A program made the translations under genes and the position numbers. A model generated the notes under the pieces. That model saw nothing but the letters and a program-made list of their open reading frames with translations. It ran no database searches and was not told the origin of the DNA. This document shows, piece by piece, positions 35,737 through 49,300 of a stretch of 64,000 nucleotides of DNA. Numbering within the stretch: the first letter of the stretch is position 1; every line of letters starts with the position of its first letter. The stretch is from Antedon mediterranea (taxonomy: Eukaryota; Animalia; Echinodermata), in the NCBI RefSeq assembly GCF_964355755.1, contig NC_092675.1:6443812-6507811 (forward strand), given 5' to 3'.

Positions 35737-38479
35737 TCATACCCAAAATTGAGTTTGACGCAGCACGGGAACAAACGCACCATTCGCATAACTTACATCA
35801 ACATGTCTGCTTTTATAAGATGGGTCAAAGCTGTCCCAAACAAATGAACTATCTGTTTCTGTATGTATGGTAATATTCATATTCGAGTCAGACGATACAA
35901 TATGTTTAGTAACTCCGGCACTGGCGCCAAAATCTATATCCGTAGTTTGCGTATTGTTGCAACTTGGCGTTGATGAACTGATCGATTTCACTGGTGTATT
36001 CATTGGAACTAAAAGGCAAGATGGCGACGACGTTGTTTGCTGAAAGAAACACAATAGAATATTGTTATCCTCTTAATAAAATGGTGGTAATGAAAGAATA
36101 ATAAACAGCCGAAATTCAAGAAAGAAAAGTAGGCCTACTAGGGTGGTTTTGTAATATATGCTACTCCAATGAAATAAATAATGTCATTTCTAATTTAAAT
36201 TTCATTTTCTTTCTTTAAGATTGAAACAAAAAATGAAATTTGAAATAATTCGTTCGTTCGTTCATTTTATTTCACATTGCATCTCACTTTTCACTATTGT
36301 TTTCTATCAAAATGTCATTTTTTTGTAATTGTAATGTGTCCGTCTATGTTTTATGTTTAACTACAAAGACAAGCCACTTTGGCTTATGTGTGTCTTGACC
36401 ATAAACAATGTAAACTGTCTGTTGATGTTGAATAAATGTTGTTATTAATACTAAAGAAAAATTCAAAGTATTAAATAAAAGATGCACAGCCTGGAAAAGA
36501 CCAAACAACCGAGCTTTAAGTCTGGTTTCATCAGAAAGTAACTATATAATTGTATCAAATACTTAAATCTTTAATAGTAATAATATAAAAATATGTTTAA
36601 AAAAAAATAAAAATTACACAATTACGCTACAGGACCACACAAACACAACAAGAGGACAAACGTAAAGGGTATACGTACCATCATATTTATTTGCAGGAAG
36701 TGACAAAAAAGTTCAATTAATGGTATCTGTACTGTGATAAAAGGAATTGTTTATAATTGGACTTAAATGTATTTAGAATTTAGTAAGGATTGACTTAAAT
36801 TATTCCATATTAGATATAATAAAAAAGGAAGAAGGCAGTATACCAGAAAGATGCAAGATCTTGAGTCAGGTCTGCCTGAGATACAGGAACAAAGGAACAC
36901 AGACGAAAGGACAAATCAACAGAAAACAACCAGGACAGTATTATATTTCATCATGGTAGAGCCCGTACTGATGCTTTTAAATACTCAGGGATAGTACGGT
37001 TTCCTAAAATGTTTTCAGAACTTGGTGCTTCGATCAGAAACAATCTTATTGAAGAGTCGTTTTTTAAGTTTAAACACAGTTTAAAGCAACATTTTATAGA
37101 TTTTTAACTTTTCATATTTTTATAAACCAAATGTTTTTCAAATGTACATGATTTTTTTTAGATTGCACATACTCTGAATTTTTAATTTTTTAACTTTTAT
37201 ACAATCAGAATTTTTAACTTTTAAACAATCAGAATTTTTAAAAACTTTTTAACTTTTATACAATCAGAATGTTCAGATAGCAATTATATTTTTAGAACAC
37301 TTTTATTAACATTTTATTATAGCATATTTTTCTATGTATTTTTCTAAATCGGTTTTATTGTATCGTCCTAGTTGACAGGGGCTGGTCAACAGCTGATAAA
37401 AAAACAATGTTAAGGAGTAGAAAATACGTATGTTGTCTAGATTGATAAAGAAATAAAAGTGGGACGAACTCACGTAAAAGAAATATTGACATGGTCGAAT
37501 AATGGTAATGGCTGTCGTACAACTGTGTTGATTGTGGTAATAAGGAAGTTAAAATATTAATATCGGGATGGAACAAAAATCATGGTATGATGTAATTTTA
37601 AGATGATTCAGCAGGAACCATACATCCGGCACACAGTTATTTTAACGTTATTACATTAATGTATGTACGTGTGTGATATTTAATTTGATAGTGTCAATGA
37701 TACGGATATGATGTGGAATGATTAGTTGACAATGATTGGAGTGAAGAAGATATAAAAATCAAAATAATGGTATATAAAAATGACCTTACCTCTATTGTAG
37801 TAAGCGTGGTAGCAAACGGCGGTGTACAGCGTTGGTCAAGTGAGCTCGGAATATCGTCAAAATACTGGACGCCACTGACCGGGGATAATGAGTCCGTCAA
37901 CTGATCCCCGGCTAAATTAAATACGGGTAGTTTAGGCGGATGCTTAACTCTCCTACCTGTACTGCATCTCGGTGGTGGAAAGGATTTGGCCCGAGTTCGT
38001 GGATTTGCTTTTTCCGGTTCTACATGCCTACACTGTTTTTCTCGCTTATATCCCCAATAATTATTCACAACTTCAACTTTGTCTGTGTCTACCCTTCCAA
38101 TTTTTGAAAAACGTGAGTCCATTGTAGAATGTTCTGTTGGATCCGAAAGGTCCTTCCTTTTCAAAGGAGACTGTTTAGAATCTAAACATTCAGTATTTGA
38201 CTGTCCTGCTGGCTCAATAACACGTAACTCAAGCAAGCCGGCTGACTGGTTCGATTCGTGCGATGAATCAGACGTTCGGTATATTCCATCCACATGCAAA
38301 CTTCTTGAGGCATTCCGCTTAGCAAAATACGTATGTCTCCGCCTAAATATCTTGTAATATATTACCGCCATATTTATGGGCACTAACAGGAGTAATATAA
38401 TAGCTAAAACAATCAACGGAATAACAAGAGCATTCTGTGGCGTTGTAGGTACTTCTTCTCCTGTCTCGTTGTTGTACAT
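35737..38479 (-). CDS. Uncharacterised single-pass (type III) membrane protein, 330 aa
   Basis: Exon 1 38479-37790 (MYNNET.., TM LVIPLIVLAIILLLLVPINMAVIYY then KIFRRRH), donor GAG|GTAAGG; exon 2 36039-35737 after TTCTTTCAG, phase 0, ends VLRQTQFWV*. An unseen upstream coding exon cannot be excluded. Confidence 0.72.
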
Positions 38480-39039
38480 AATCGGTTTCACCGGCTAACT
38501 GACCTTACTCAAGCCCTGCATTCCAGAATTGCCTTATTAGCATATCATAACACATGTTCCTGTTTTGTGACTTCTCTTGTACTTTGTGTGAATAAAAATA
38601 TGTTGGTAAGAACACGATATTATATCAGATACTTTTATATCAGGATTGAGTGCCATAGTAACGTGCACGGTCAGTGTTTGTCCCACAATATGACGCACGC
38701 ATTCAATTAGTGATGTTGAAAGTTTCGTTTTTTTAGTGACGTGGTTCACAACTGCAGTTTCTACGTTTGTGACCGTGGAAGTAGGCCTAACAACAGAAGT
38801 GACATAACGCCTATTAATTAATCGATATTACAAAACTATGACACTATAACAGTTCGATGTGTTAGGACCTAAGAACTAGTTACGTCATAATGCGTGCTTC
38901 GTCATTCGATTCTCTGACACGGTATGTCCAGGCGACGACCAATGGCATAGTTTACGGAGGTCCGGGACCGTCGTGGATTGCATGGATAGGAAGTCCGATA
39001 AGCCGAACGTAAATAAAAAACATAGTAATAATAACACTC

Positions 39040-39071
<32 letters not shown>

Positions 39072-40338
39072 CGACATGGAATATTATTTATATTAAATTA
39101 AAAAATAATGTGACTACGTGAACTCAGTAAAATTGTATTTTGTAATTTTATATATTGTGACATATATTGGGGGTGTAAAGTGCATTATGATAATACGTAG
39201 TTTTATCAACAGGCGTAGTAGAGTACAGCGATAATGTTATTATTGTAAGTTCGTTTAAACAAACAAATCTGTACGCATATCAATCACACACAAAAAAATG
39301 TACGCCTGTACTATGACAGGAACCACTATGTGTCCAGGGCGCGTTAGTATGATAATTGATAGCGAGTATTTTATATTTGATAAACAACAGACTTTATACG
39401 ACAGAATTGCCGCACACGCATTGGCGTGTGCGGCCTCAATTTCTAAAATCAGTACTGCTTTTAACATCATATAAATGTACAATTCAATTTAACAATAGAT
39501 AGATGATAATATCGTTTAGACAAATATCAATACAGTAGCCTACACTTAGACAACCCTATAAAGTCTAATTTACACAGACGAGCGGTAACGGTAAGCGGGA
39601 AAGCGTAGCTTATCTCACGTATATCACTTATCGTTTCAATAATCGTTTCAAGTATCGTTATACATAATAAATGTTTAGTATAATTATATCACCGGGATTT
39701 GCCTGTTGTGTTTATATATATAATTATATCATCTATCCCAAGAGGATTTCCGTTTCCGCGTTTTTATTTTGGAGTAAATGGTAATAAAAAATAATATAGA
39801 TTCTGTATTTTTGTATGTTTTCCACTTACTGCTTACCGTTACCACTCTCTGTGTCTGTGATTGTAGGCTTTGTGTTTAATCTTTGATAAGGACTTCTTCT
39901 AACAATGATTTGTTTAAAAAAATATTTAAATGAATTTGATCGTGATTCGATGGAAATATCATTGCTATATCACATTGTTTGTGGGTATAAAAGAGGAGGG
40001 GGGGGGGGATAATTCTGGTAAAGGAGTAAAACAGTTACTCACATGAGATTGGAGTTTAATGAGATGAATTAGGGCGTGTCTCTGTCCTCTTCAGATCGTG
40101 AAAACACTCTGACAATGATGACGGGACATCATTGACAACAATATTAAAACAACAGTTACAGTCGACTAATTATTATACGTACTGTCCAAAGTGCAGTAAT
40201 AATTATAAATACAAACGTCTAGAATAATTTCAAAGCACGCAATATAAATATTAATAATCAGTAGTCACTAACTTAAGGTGGACGAGTGCTGAATATTGGA
40301 ATACATAATATCTTAGCGTGTATATTGTAATTGTCAAA

Positions 40339-43300
40339 ATGTATTCATTTGTTATAGCTGTTGCAGTTGTAATAGCATTGCCAAGCATTAAAGGTACAGT
40401 GTATATATATATATAATTTATTCTATTGTGTAGATATTAGGTGTTATTTTGTTTGTTATAATTAAGATATTAAATATCTGAATATATTTATATACACAAA
40501 CAAATTTAAACAAACCGTATTACGTGTTTAAGTTTATTTCAATATTTTGTTATTGCTCTATATGGCGCTGTTCAGACGAGACATGGAAATACTGATCCAT
40601 AGCTGTATTTTTGTTTTGTGTTACTTTTTTGAAATAATACATTTTATTGAATTTAATTAAAATATAGTGTTAAATTGCTGTAGATTTTATTGAAATATAT
40701 ATATTATTCTGACAGTACTGTATCTGCATCAAACGATTAAAAAAAAATCGAAAATAAAGGAACATTTTTGTGTGGCGATATAGAGGGCGCACAAAACAAA
40801 TTGATGTTGTCGTTCACACCGGAATAATATACAACAGTGATTTACGAAGATGAAGACAGATCTACAGGTAGCTCTCATAGTATAAGTAAACTGTATCTGA
40901 TAATCAATGTTTCTACTTGTTTTCTACACTCAGGGCAATGTAACACACAATACCTGACTGAAAGAAGTGGCGATATAGTATCAGAAGGCTATCCAAATGG
41001 TTATCCATCAAACCTGGATTGTAATTACGTCATATCAATACCAGACGTCACCAATATTCAAATTAGCTTTGTGGACTTCTTTATTGAGCCATACTTTGAC
41101 AAGTTGTTGATTGGAACTGGAACAATTATCGGTGAAAACCAAATCCAAGACTACTCGGGGCATGCGCCAGAATTCGCAGAAAGAGCGCCACCGGACAAAT
41201 TGACAATTTTTAGCAGTGAAGTATGGCTTAGATTTGTAACATCAGAAACAAATTTCGAGACTTATCGAGGTTTTGATTTGAGCTACAGTTCAGAAGGTAA
41301 ATTGTTATTATTCAAGATTCTTTATTGGTTATATATAATTATAGTTTAGAACTCCTATTTGAGACACCTAGGACCAACTCCTAATAACAGGGACACCCAT
41401 ATTAAATCTTGGTTCCCGTTCGTAAACGCGAAGAGGCAAGTTTATCGTCTGACCAATCACGACGCGATGGATCATTTAAACTGTGATTGGTTAACTCACT
41501 TGCGTTGCCGCTTCTTTGCGTCCAATTGGGAACCAAGCTTAAGGGGACAAATATATTTTAAAATGGCAACACAGACCTCTATTAAAGTGAATAAAACAGA
41601 TAAAAGATGTACTTATACGAATAATAAAAGTTAATATTGCGCAAATAAAGAATGTGTATACTACGGTATCTTTCAAGAAATTAATTTGCCTTTTTGCTTG
41701 AGACATTCTTCAATTGTGACCAATACATCACATGTAATACGCTGGGCACTTTTACAACCCTTTTATTTTATTTTTAGTTTCTTTATCCACATTAACATTT
41801 GTAACTGCTTTGCCTAATTTAATCATTGTAATTACCCCTTATAATAAATTAAGCTGCGTTTATGTTATTTTACTTTTTGTAAATATTTAAGCGATGTAAC
41901 AAGCTACTCAGTTGATAGATTAATTAAACTAATACTGTAAATACTGTATACATTATACAGATATTGACTGCTTAGAGGTTAAATATAAGATTTGACATCC
42001 TCGAGGGAATGATATGTTATATTACATAGCCAACAACAAGTTGAATATCTACTGCTTTAAATTCATTAAAGTAAATACTGTAAATATATATAACCTTTTA
42101 CTTCATATCAAACAATGCATATTATAAAATAAGTTAATAAGTGTCAATTATCAGACATACAATAATGTTCGCATGAAGCAATGAAATGGTACGGTAACAG
42201 ATATAACTCACATGATCTTATCAATTCAATAAAAGATGTATTTATTGTGAATAATATAACGAATTTATCCTACAGATATTAAAGGAATACACATACAGTA
42301 TTTATAATAAAAACAATTAAACACTTGCCACCATCTCAGAATTTAATTTGATTCCCGATGATTCCTTTCAATATCCGATCTTGACCCTTGACACGAGGCG
42401 ACGTGTGTCTCATTGCGTGGATTATTATAACGTTGCGGATTTGTGATAACAGATTGTTTGAATATTGGTAATAAGAGAAATAGTTATGTATGGTCTTAAT
42501 AACACAGGTAGTCGAGTGCGATCAAAGTCCGCTACCTTAGATTTATTGTCAAGTTAATATTAATTAATATCGTTCAATCGACTTGTATTCAATTTTCCAT
42601 TGAATACATGTTGTAGCTATGATGGATCGAATAATGTTATTAAAGTATAATGTTGTTTTTAGTTGTTGGCTTTATATGCTATTATCTCTAAGCACTGTGT
42701 TGGTTAAATCGCAAGGTAGGTTGTTTTAACTTTTTCAAAATAAAGAAATAAGTAATCTATTCAGATTCAGATATTTGGAGAAAAATACATTAAATGCGAA
42801 GTGATTGAGCGTTGGTTCTCAACCATGGATAGCAGACTCTCATTGTAGTTCAATTATCTTCTTGTGGATTTCATACGGCTTGATCCACGGAAACGGAGAC
42901 TCTTTATTCAAACACTTGCGGCCAAAATAATTAACTACATTTAAGATACCGAAATCATTAGACCCCAAATGCTGAAATCCTAAAAGTGGTCCTTTGTATG
43001 TAAAGACTAATACTGTAGGAAAAGGATGAGAAAGTAAAAATAGCGAAAATCAGTGTTTTAAATTTATTAAGTTAATACTTAGATCTAATTAATATAATAT
43101 TATATTAATCTATTATGATCACCACAATCATCATTTATATAACACATTATCTAATCTATCTTTTAAATACCTTTTATATTTTTATAAGTAATTACGTTAT
43201 TTTCTATGGACCAGCGATTCCAAAATAACAGATTGAATTGGATTGGACATGTACCTCATTTCTCATAGGATATAAATACCCAAATCTGAGTTGGCATACT

Positions 43301-46300
43301 AATAAATGTATCCTTAACTTCTTACAGTTTGTAGGGATGGCTTTCAAGAAGGACCGGATGAGCGATGCTTTTTTTTCAGTACCGAAATGGACTCATGGAA
43401 TGGTGCTCGGAGAAACTGCCAGAATGTGACCGACGGTGACCTGGCAATCATTAGTGACGTAGACGAACTAATTTTTCTTGTAAATCAGACAATGAAAATG
43501 ACTGATACGTTTTGGTGGATAGGTACGGTTTATTGCTATAACAATAATAATAATAGTTCATTCTTCTTGATCTAACCTGTATCCATTTTGTACACCTGGG
43601 TGGAAAGAGGCAAATGCAACTAAAGTGTCTTGCCTAAGGTTACAAGCAATGCGGCGATGGATTTGAACCACGAACACACGATCGACCATTAATCGTCCAC
43701 ACTGCGCCACAATGCTCTTACATAATAATACACGTGTTTCTTTCTCTTTTTAATCTTCAAAATGTATTGCCAATTTATTCTTACGAAATCTGTTATTAAC
43801 TAAACAGAACATTAATTTATCAGTATCGTATTTTTACAAGATTTTTCAATCAAGTGTAATTGCTTTTCCATAAACTGTTGTGAACAGACAAGCGTGGAAC
43901 CAAAAATACCAGGCTACTAAAAAATGGAATAGCCTGGTAATGTTTGCTACCAGGGATACTGGACTAATTGTTTCACGCATAAACTACTCCAATCCAACCA
44001 ATTTCGGTCTGTAAGACCTTGTTTATATAGGCCTAAAATAAATAACTATCTTTAAACGCTCCTTTTTCTATCGGAGTTAAATCCAGCGCGTGTGACGTAT
44101 AACGTTACATTGGATATATCACCTAACCTATCGAAGTTATAGTTATGTACATTGGAGTTATATCGGAGTTAACAACATGGAGGTATACGAGAGTTATCCG
44201 ATCGCACGAGCAATTACGTCTGTTACTCTGATATATGATAATTAGAACCAGCTTGAATCCGTTAAATAATGTACGCTGAACTCTAACTACGTGTGAACAC
44301 AGTAATACATTAACAAAGCAATTCTGCTAACATTGCACTTTGCATGCCTGTATCGAGTTTATCATTTATTTGTCTCCTTTACAGGTCTCTATGACGTCTC
44401 TGTAGAGGGTATGTGGAAGTGGGTCGACTGTTCTGCATCTACCGCCTATCAACAGTCACTCTGGGAACCAGGACGTCCTCTAGAAGACACGTTCGATTGT
44501 GGAGCGATGACGCAAAATGGCACCCTCATTGACTACCAGTGTAACAAGACGAATTTACGTTATGTTTGTGAAATCGTATCAAAAGGTAAAATAATTTGTA
44601 AAAAATACCAAGTCTTTGTCTCGGTACACTATCAATTATATTTTAAATGTCTAAATTCTTAAGACCGAAATTCAAATTTCAGAGATTTCTCAATTTTGTA
44701 TTTTTCGTGCAAATATAATAAAAAAAAAAAATTAAAAAGAATTTAAAAATAATAAGTAATATTAATACCCTGCATATCATCTAACAATGAATTGTTACAT
44801 TATCATATATTAAAGATGTATTGTCCCCCAAAAACATGAAAAATTAAGATTAATTTAATCAGACTTTGAATATGTTATTTTGTAGTTTTAATCAAGTTAA
44901 TCACTTCCATAGAAAAAAAAACGAGAAAAAAAAATGTTTTCACTCGTAAAATGAATAAATAAATGGTTAAATTCAACCAAAAATCCATTGGCTGACAGCC
45001 AATTTGACCATTTTTTGCTTTAAATTACATTTTTTCAGACAAATACATTTTTTTTCGATCAAATTTTTGGCCAAAGTGGATAACTATTATGTTACATTAA
45101 AATGGAACATTCTACAAAATAATTTTTAAGAATCTTTTTTTCAGGGGAAAAATACATCTTTAAATGTTCTTACTGTCATTTGATTTGCCTAGAACACTCG
45201 AACATTCGAACATTTCGTTTAGACACTCTCCCACAGGTATCCCTAGGCCTAAAATGATGATGCTATTAGACCTACACTATATTTAATCAATGTCCTAAGT
45301 TCATTATTATATTTCTACTATTGGACTAACTTATATTAAAACATTATAAACGAGCCTTCGTGATCCTCATATGAACTAAGGCGTGGTTCCCACTAGAACG
45401 CAACGCAACGACGTATTGACGCAAACTGCTGTGTATTGCGTAATCACAAAAGTGGGAACCGACGACGCAATAGTGCTGCAAATGTCGCTAGTTTGATTTC
45501 ACGCAGGCGGGGGAAAACACAATTATTGGAAGGGCATTTTCTTTCGTTGCAAAAGCGTGGTTCCCACTAGCGACGCAACACAAGGACGTAACGCAACGCA
45601 AGTGAATTGACCAATCACAAGCGATGGCTTATTCGATTGTGATTGCTAACTGTCTATAACTTCGCTTGTCATTGGTTAAAACGCTTGCGTTGCGTTTACG
45701 TCCTTGCGTTACGTTCTAGTGGGAACCAAACTGTAGATTACGTTACGTTGCGTCGCTGATATAATAGTAGGACTCTTTTTTTGTTTACCGTATTTAAGAA
45801 GATATTTAAGATACCTATATTCTATTATACTTATTCATAGTTTGGCTTTTTTTACTTTAAGAATTTACTCAAAATAACACTAATGTTAAGAACGTTACTG
45901 GGACTGTTCTATCGCCTACTGCTGTTGAAATAACGTGGGATGTTTCACCCTACTCATGTGACGTAATTGGATACCGGATTCACTATAAAGATGGAAGCAC
46001 AGAAAATGACGGTAAGATATTAAACAAAACAATTACAGTTTCATTATCGTGAATGCAAAGAAGAAAATTAGCATCATATAATATTAGTAGAACAAACTAA
46101 TAGTGGCGGATCTAGAATGTTGAAATAGGGGGAAGAGAGAAGGCCTAGATATTGTAAAGTGCTGAACTGAAAGTAATGTCCTATCTTTTACATTGCCTTT
46201 TCCTATATCTACTTAGATCCGTCGATGCTAAAGTTTGTTTACCGCGCCGATGCCTAGTAAACACTGCCTAGCGCAATTAGTTGCCATTTTTAATATGCTG

Positions 46301-49300
46301 ATTAAGGCCCATTTACACTAGGACGATAAGTAGATAAACATACATTTTTCATACATGGAACAAATAAATCTAAAAAGTTATCCTAGACCTATAATAACCA
46401 TCTATGCTGCCATTGATGAAAATAATATTTTCACACGTCCAATCAAATGACGTCATGATTAGTAAGAGAAATAATATCGATACAATGATTTTATTGTGTT
46501 TATTGATCATGACGTCATTTGATTGGATTTTTTCAAATATTAATTTTATCAAAGACAGCATAGATGATTATCCCATAGTGCTAGAACGAAAACTTGTTTA
46601 ATTTCTTTTTTTTTGTGTAAAAAAAATACATGTTTATCTGCTTATCGTCGATCGTTATCGTCCTAGTGTAAACGGGCCTTTATACGGTAATATTAATGAA
46701 AGTTCACAAATTTAATAGATAATCCAATTTCATAGTTTACCGTAAACAAGTATTTCAGCATCGGTTATAACAATAGATAATTTGGAATTAAGGTTATAGT
46801 ATGTTTGTATGGTTTATTAGGTCTATTTATAATGCACACATGACTTCTATATTTGTATTATCCTCCATAAATAATGTTACTTGAGTAGTGTTATATATTT
46901 AATTATAATATAATACCTAAACCTAGGTAATAATCTTATCTACTTTAGTCCCTGACCAATCATCTTTGTATATTTTACATTATGGTTATGGTGAAATAAT
47001 TAAATGAAATAGATAAATAACACATTCATGGAACAAACACTACTCTGGTGACAACAATAATTCCTTAGTATCATAGACCTCATCTTTTAAAATTCTTTAA
47101 AATCTAAAAAAAACAAAACAAAATGAAGAAATCTTACCGACATCACTTGAGAAACAGAACGGCAAGACAACAAATAATTCTAAGACGATTTTAAAGATGC
47201 TCATATTTATACTCAACAACTCATTTACTGATTCGTAGAGAAAAGAAACTGAGCTCACGTCGTTCAGTTTGATTTCTAATCAATCTAATTGCTTTCTGCT
47301 TCCTTATATATTTTTAAAGACATTTGCGGATAATAACTTTACCAGACGATTCATGAATTATTGCAAGCTATCATATATTATATACTAGGCCTATATTAAA
47401 TGCTCTTGCTGTCATTTGATTTGCCTAGAATTGATGTGTTCATGGCATTGATGATTTTGTGTTTGACTTTTAACATGCACATGAAGATGGAAAGCAAAAC
47501 AAATCTGATTAAAGCATAAATAATCTTTTTCACACTTTTATAAGTAATGATGATTTCTATTGTTATAATGTGCTGTAGATTCACTGACTGTATATGGAGG
47601 TGATGTCAACTTTACAACCATTACGCAATTAAAACCAGGAACGTTATATAACTTTACCGTTGCTGCTCTCCTCATTGATCAGGAGTTGGGGGAAGTTGGA
47701 CCAATACAACTACAAACCCAGCAAGGTAAATAATAATAAAAAATAATAATAGAAAGATTGATATAGCGCAAATAAACGAAAAAGACAAAAACACCGAGCT
47801 AGCACCCAAACCGGAGTATGGGGACACGACACCATCACCGCTAACTGGGGATCGGTTAAGTCTTGATTTTTTCAGGGATCCGGTGCTTCATAGCCTAGTT
47901 AAAAAACAACAACAGGCAAGAAAAGTGAACAAAAGCAAAAATAAAAAAAAGGATTATAATCAAAACCATCCATCCGAGGGTATGTTTTAAAATAATGTGT
48001 TTTTTGAGTAACACGTTTAAAAACATTTTACATAATTACGGAACTCACTCATATATGTTATCTTTTTAGAGTGCCGTCATTCAACGTTAACCTCTGACAC
48101 GGGAAATATTACGTCACCGGGGTATCCAAGTATGTACTACGCAGATGCAGATTGTGTTTGGCTCATATCGGTTGGTCAAGACAGAAGAGTTGTTTTAGAA
48201 TTTCTGTTTGCCGATATTTCTGCTGGAGACTACATACATCTTGGAGATGGGTTGGACATCAACGAAGGAGAATTTCTGGTATATACCTTTAATGTATTTG
48301 CATTTATTTATTTATTGAATGAGACTTACAATAGTACCAGTTTCGCTTGATTGTAAGTAAATATGAAATTTGAAAAAATATAGCTAATACTAGTAAAACA
48401 AATATAAAGATTACACAGTGATACGTTTTATGTCTTTAACTTCCCCTGAATATAATTCAGAAGTTAAAAAGAAATAAACTAATCAATTCACAAACTATCT
48501 GAACAAAAAATCAAACACACACAATCAAACAATCCAGGGGAGAGTTAATTTACAATTTCAATCTTAACAAACCAACCAATCAAAACTCAACCAAAAAACC
48601 AAACTACTAACAATTGAAAAATAAAGAAAAACACAACAAAAAAACACACAAACTAACCAAACAAACAAACCAACCAATATTAAACATTTGGCTACGTCCC
48701 GACTGACTACCGTACGAAATCAAAAGTTGTTAATTATGCATTTTTCTAGGTCTTAAATTCAACATCACTTGAATTGGATTCTGGTCAAATTCGTAGTGAC
48801 TTTAACCAGATGTGGATTCGATTTACATCAGACACCATTGACAACGGAGCTGGATTTGTACTCAATTTTTCTACAGGTAACTATGGAACATCAGGTAATA
48901 ATAAATAAGTAGATAAATTATTAATTATAAATGCATATTTTATAATATTATGATATTCTGTCATGCATTTGAATAATTTTATATTTTAATTAGGCCTAAA
49001 GCAAGAAAACTCCGGATGTAAACATTTTTTTCTTTTCTTTATACTTACAGAAGTCGACTGTCCCCAGAATTACATAGAAGGTCCAAACAACACGTGTTAT
49101 TTCTTTGGAACATTCGACGGAGGTTACGTTTGGGATTATGCTAGGACAGCATGTAAATATGTTAAAAATGGGGATTTAGTTATAATCAATGACGAGAACG
49201 AATTAGCATTTCTCCTCGAGAAAACTCAGCTACAATCTCCAAATTCAAGTTGGTGGATAGGTAAGAAACTTTTTATAAATAGTTTATCCAGAGAGCACCT

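Noticed and set aside
38537-39077. Upstream ATG with (TA)13 and a 70-aa ORF as an ectodomain for the type III TM gene
   Set aside because: All frames I read hit stops, and I found no convincing in-phase splice path to 38479.
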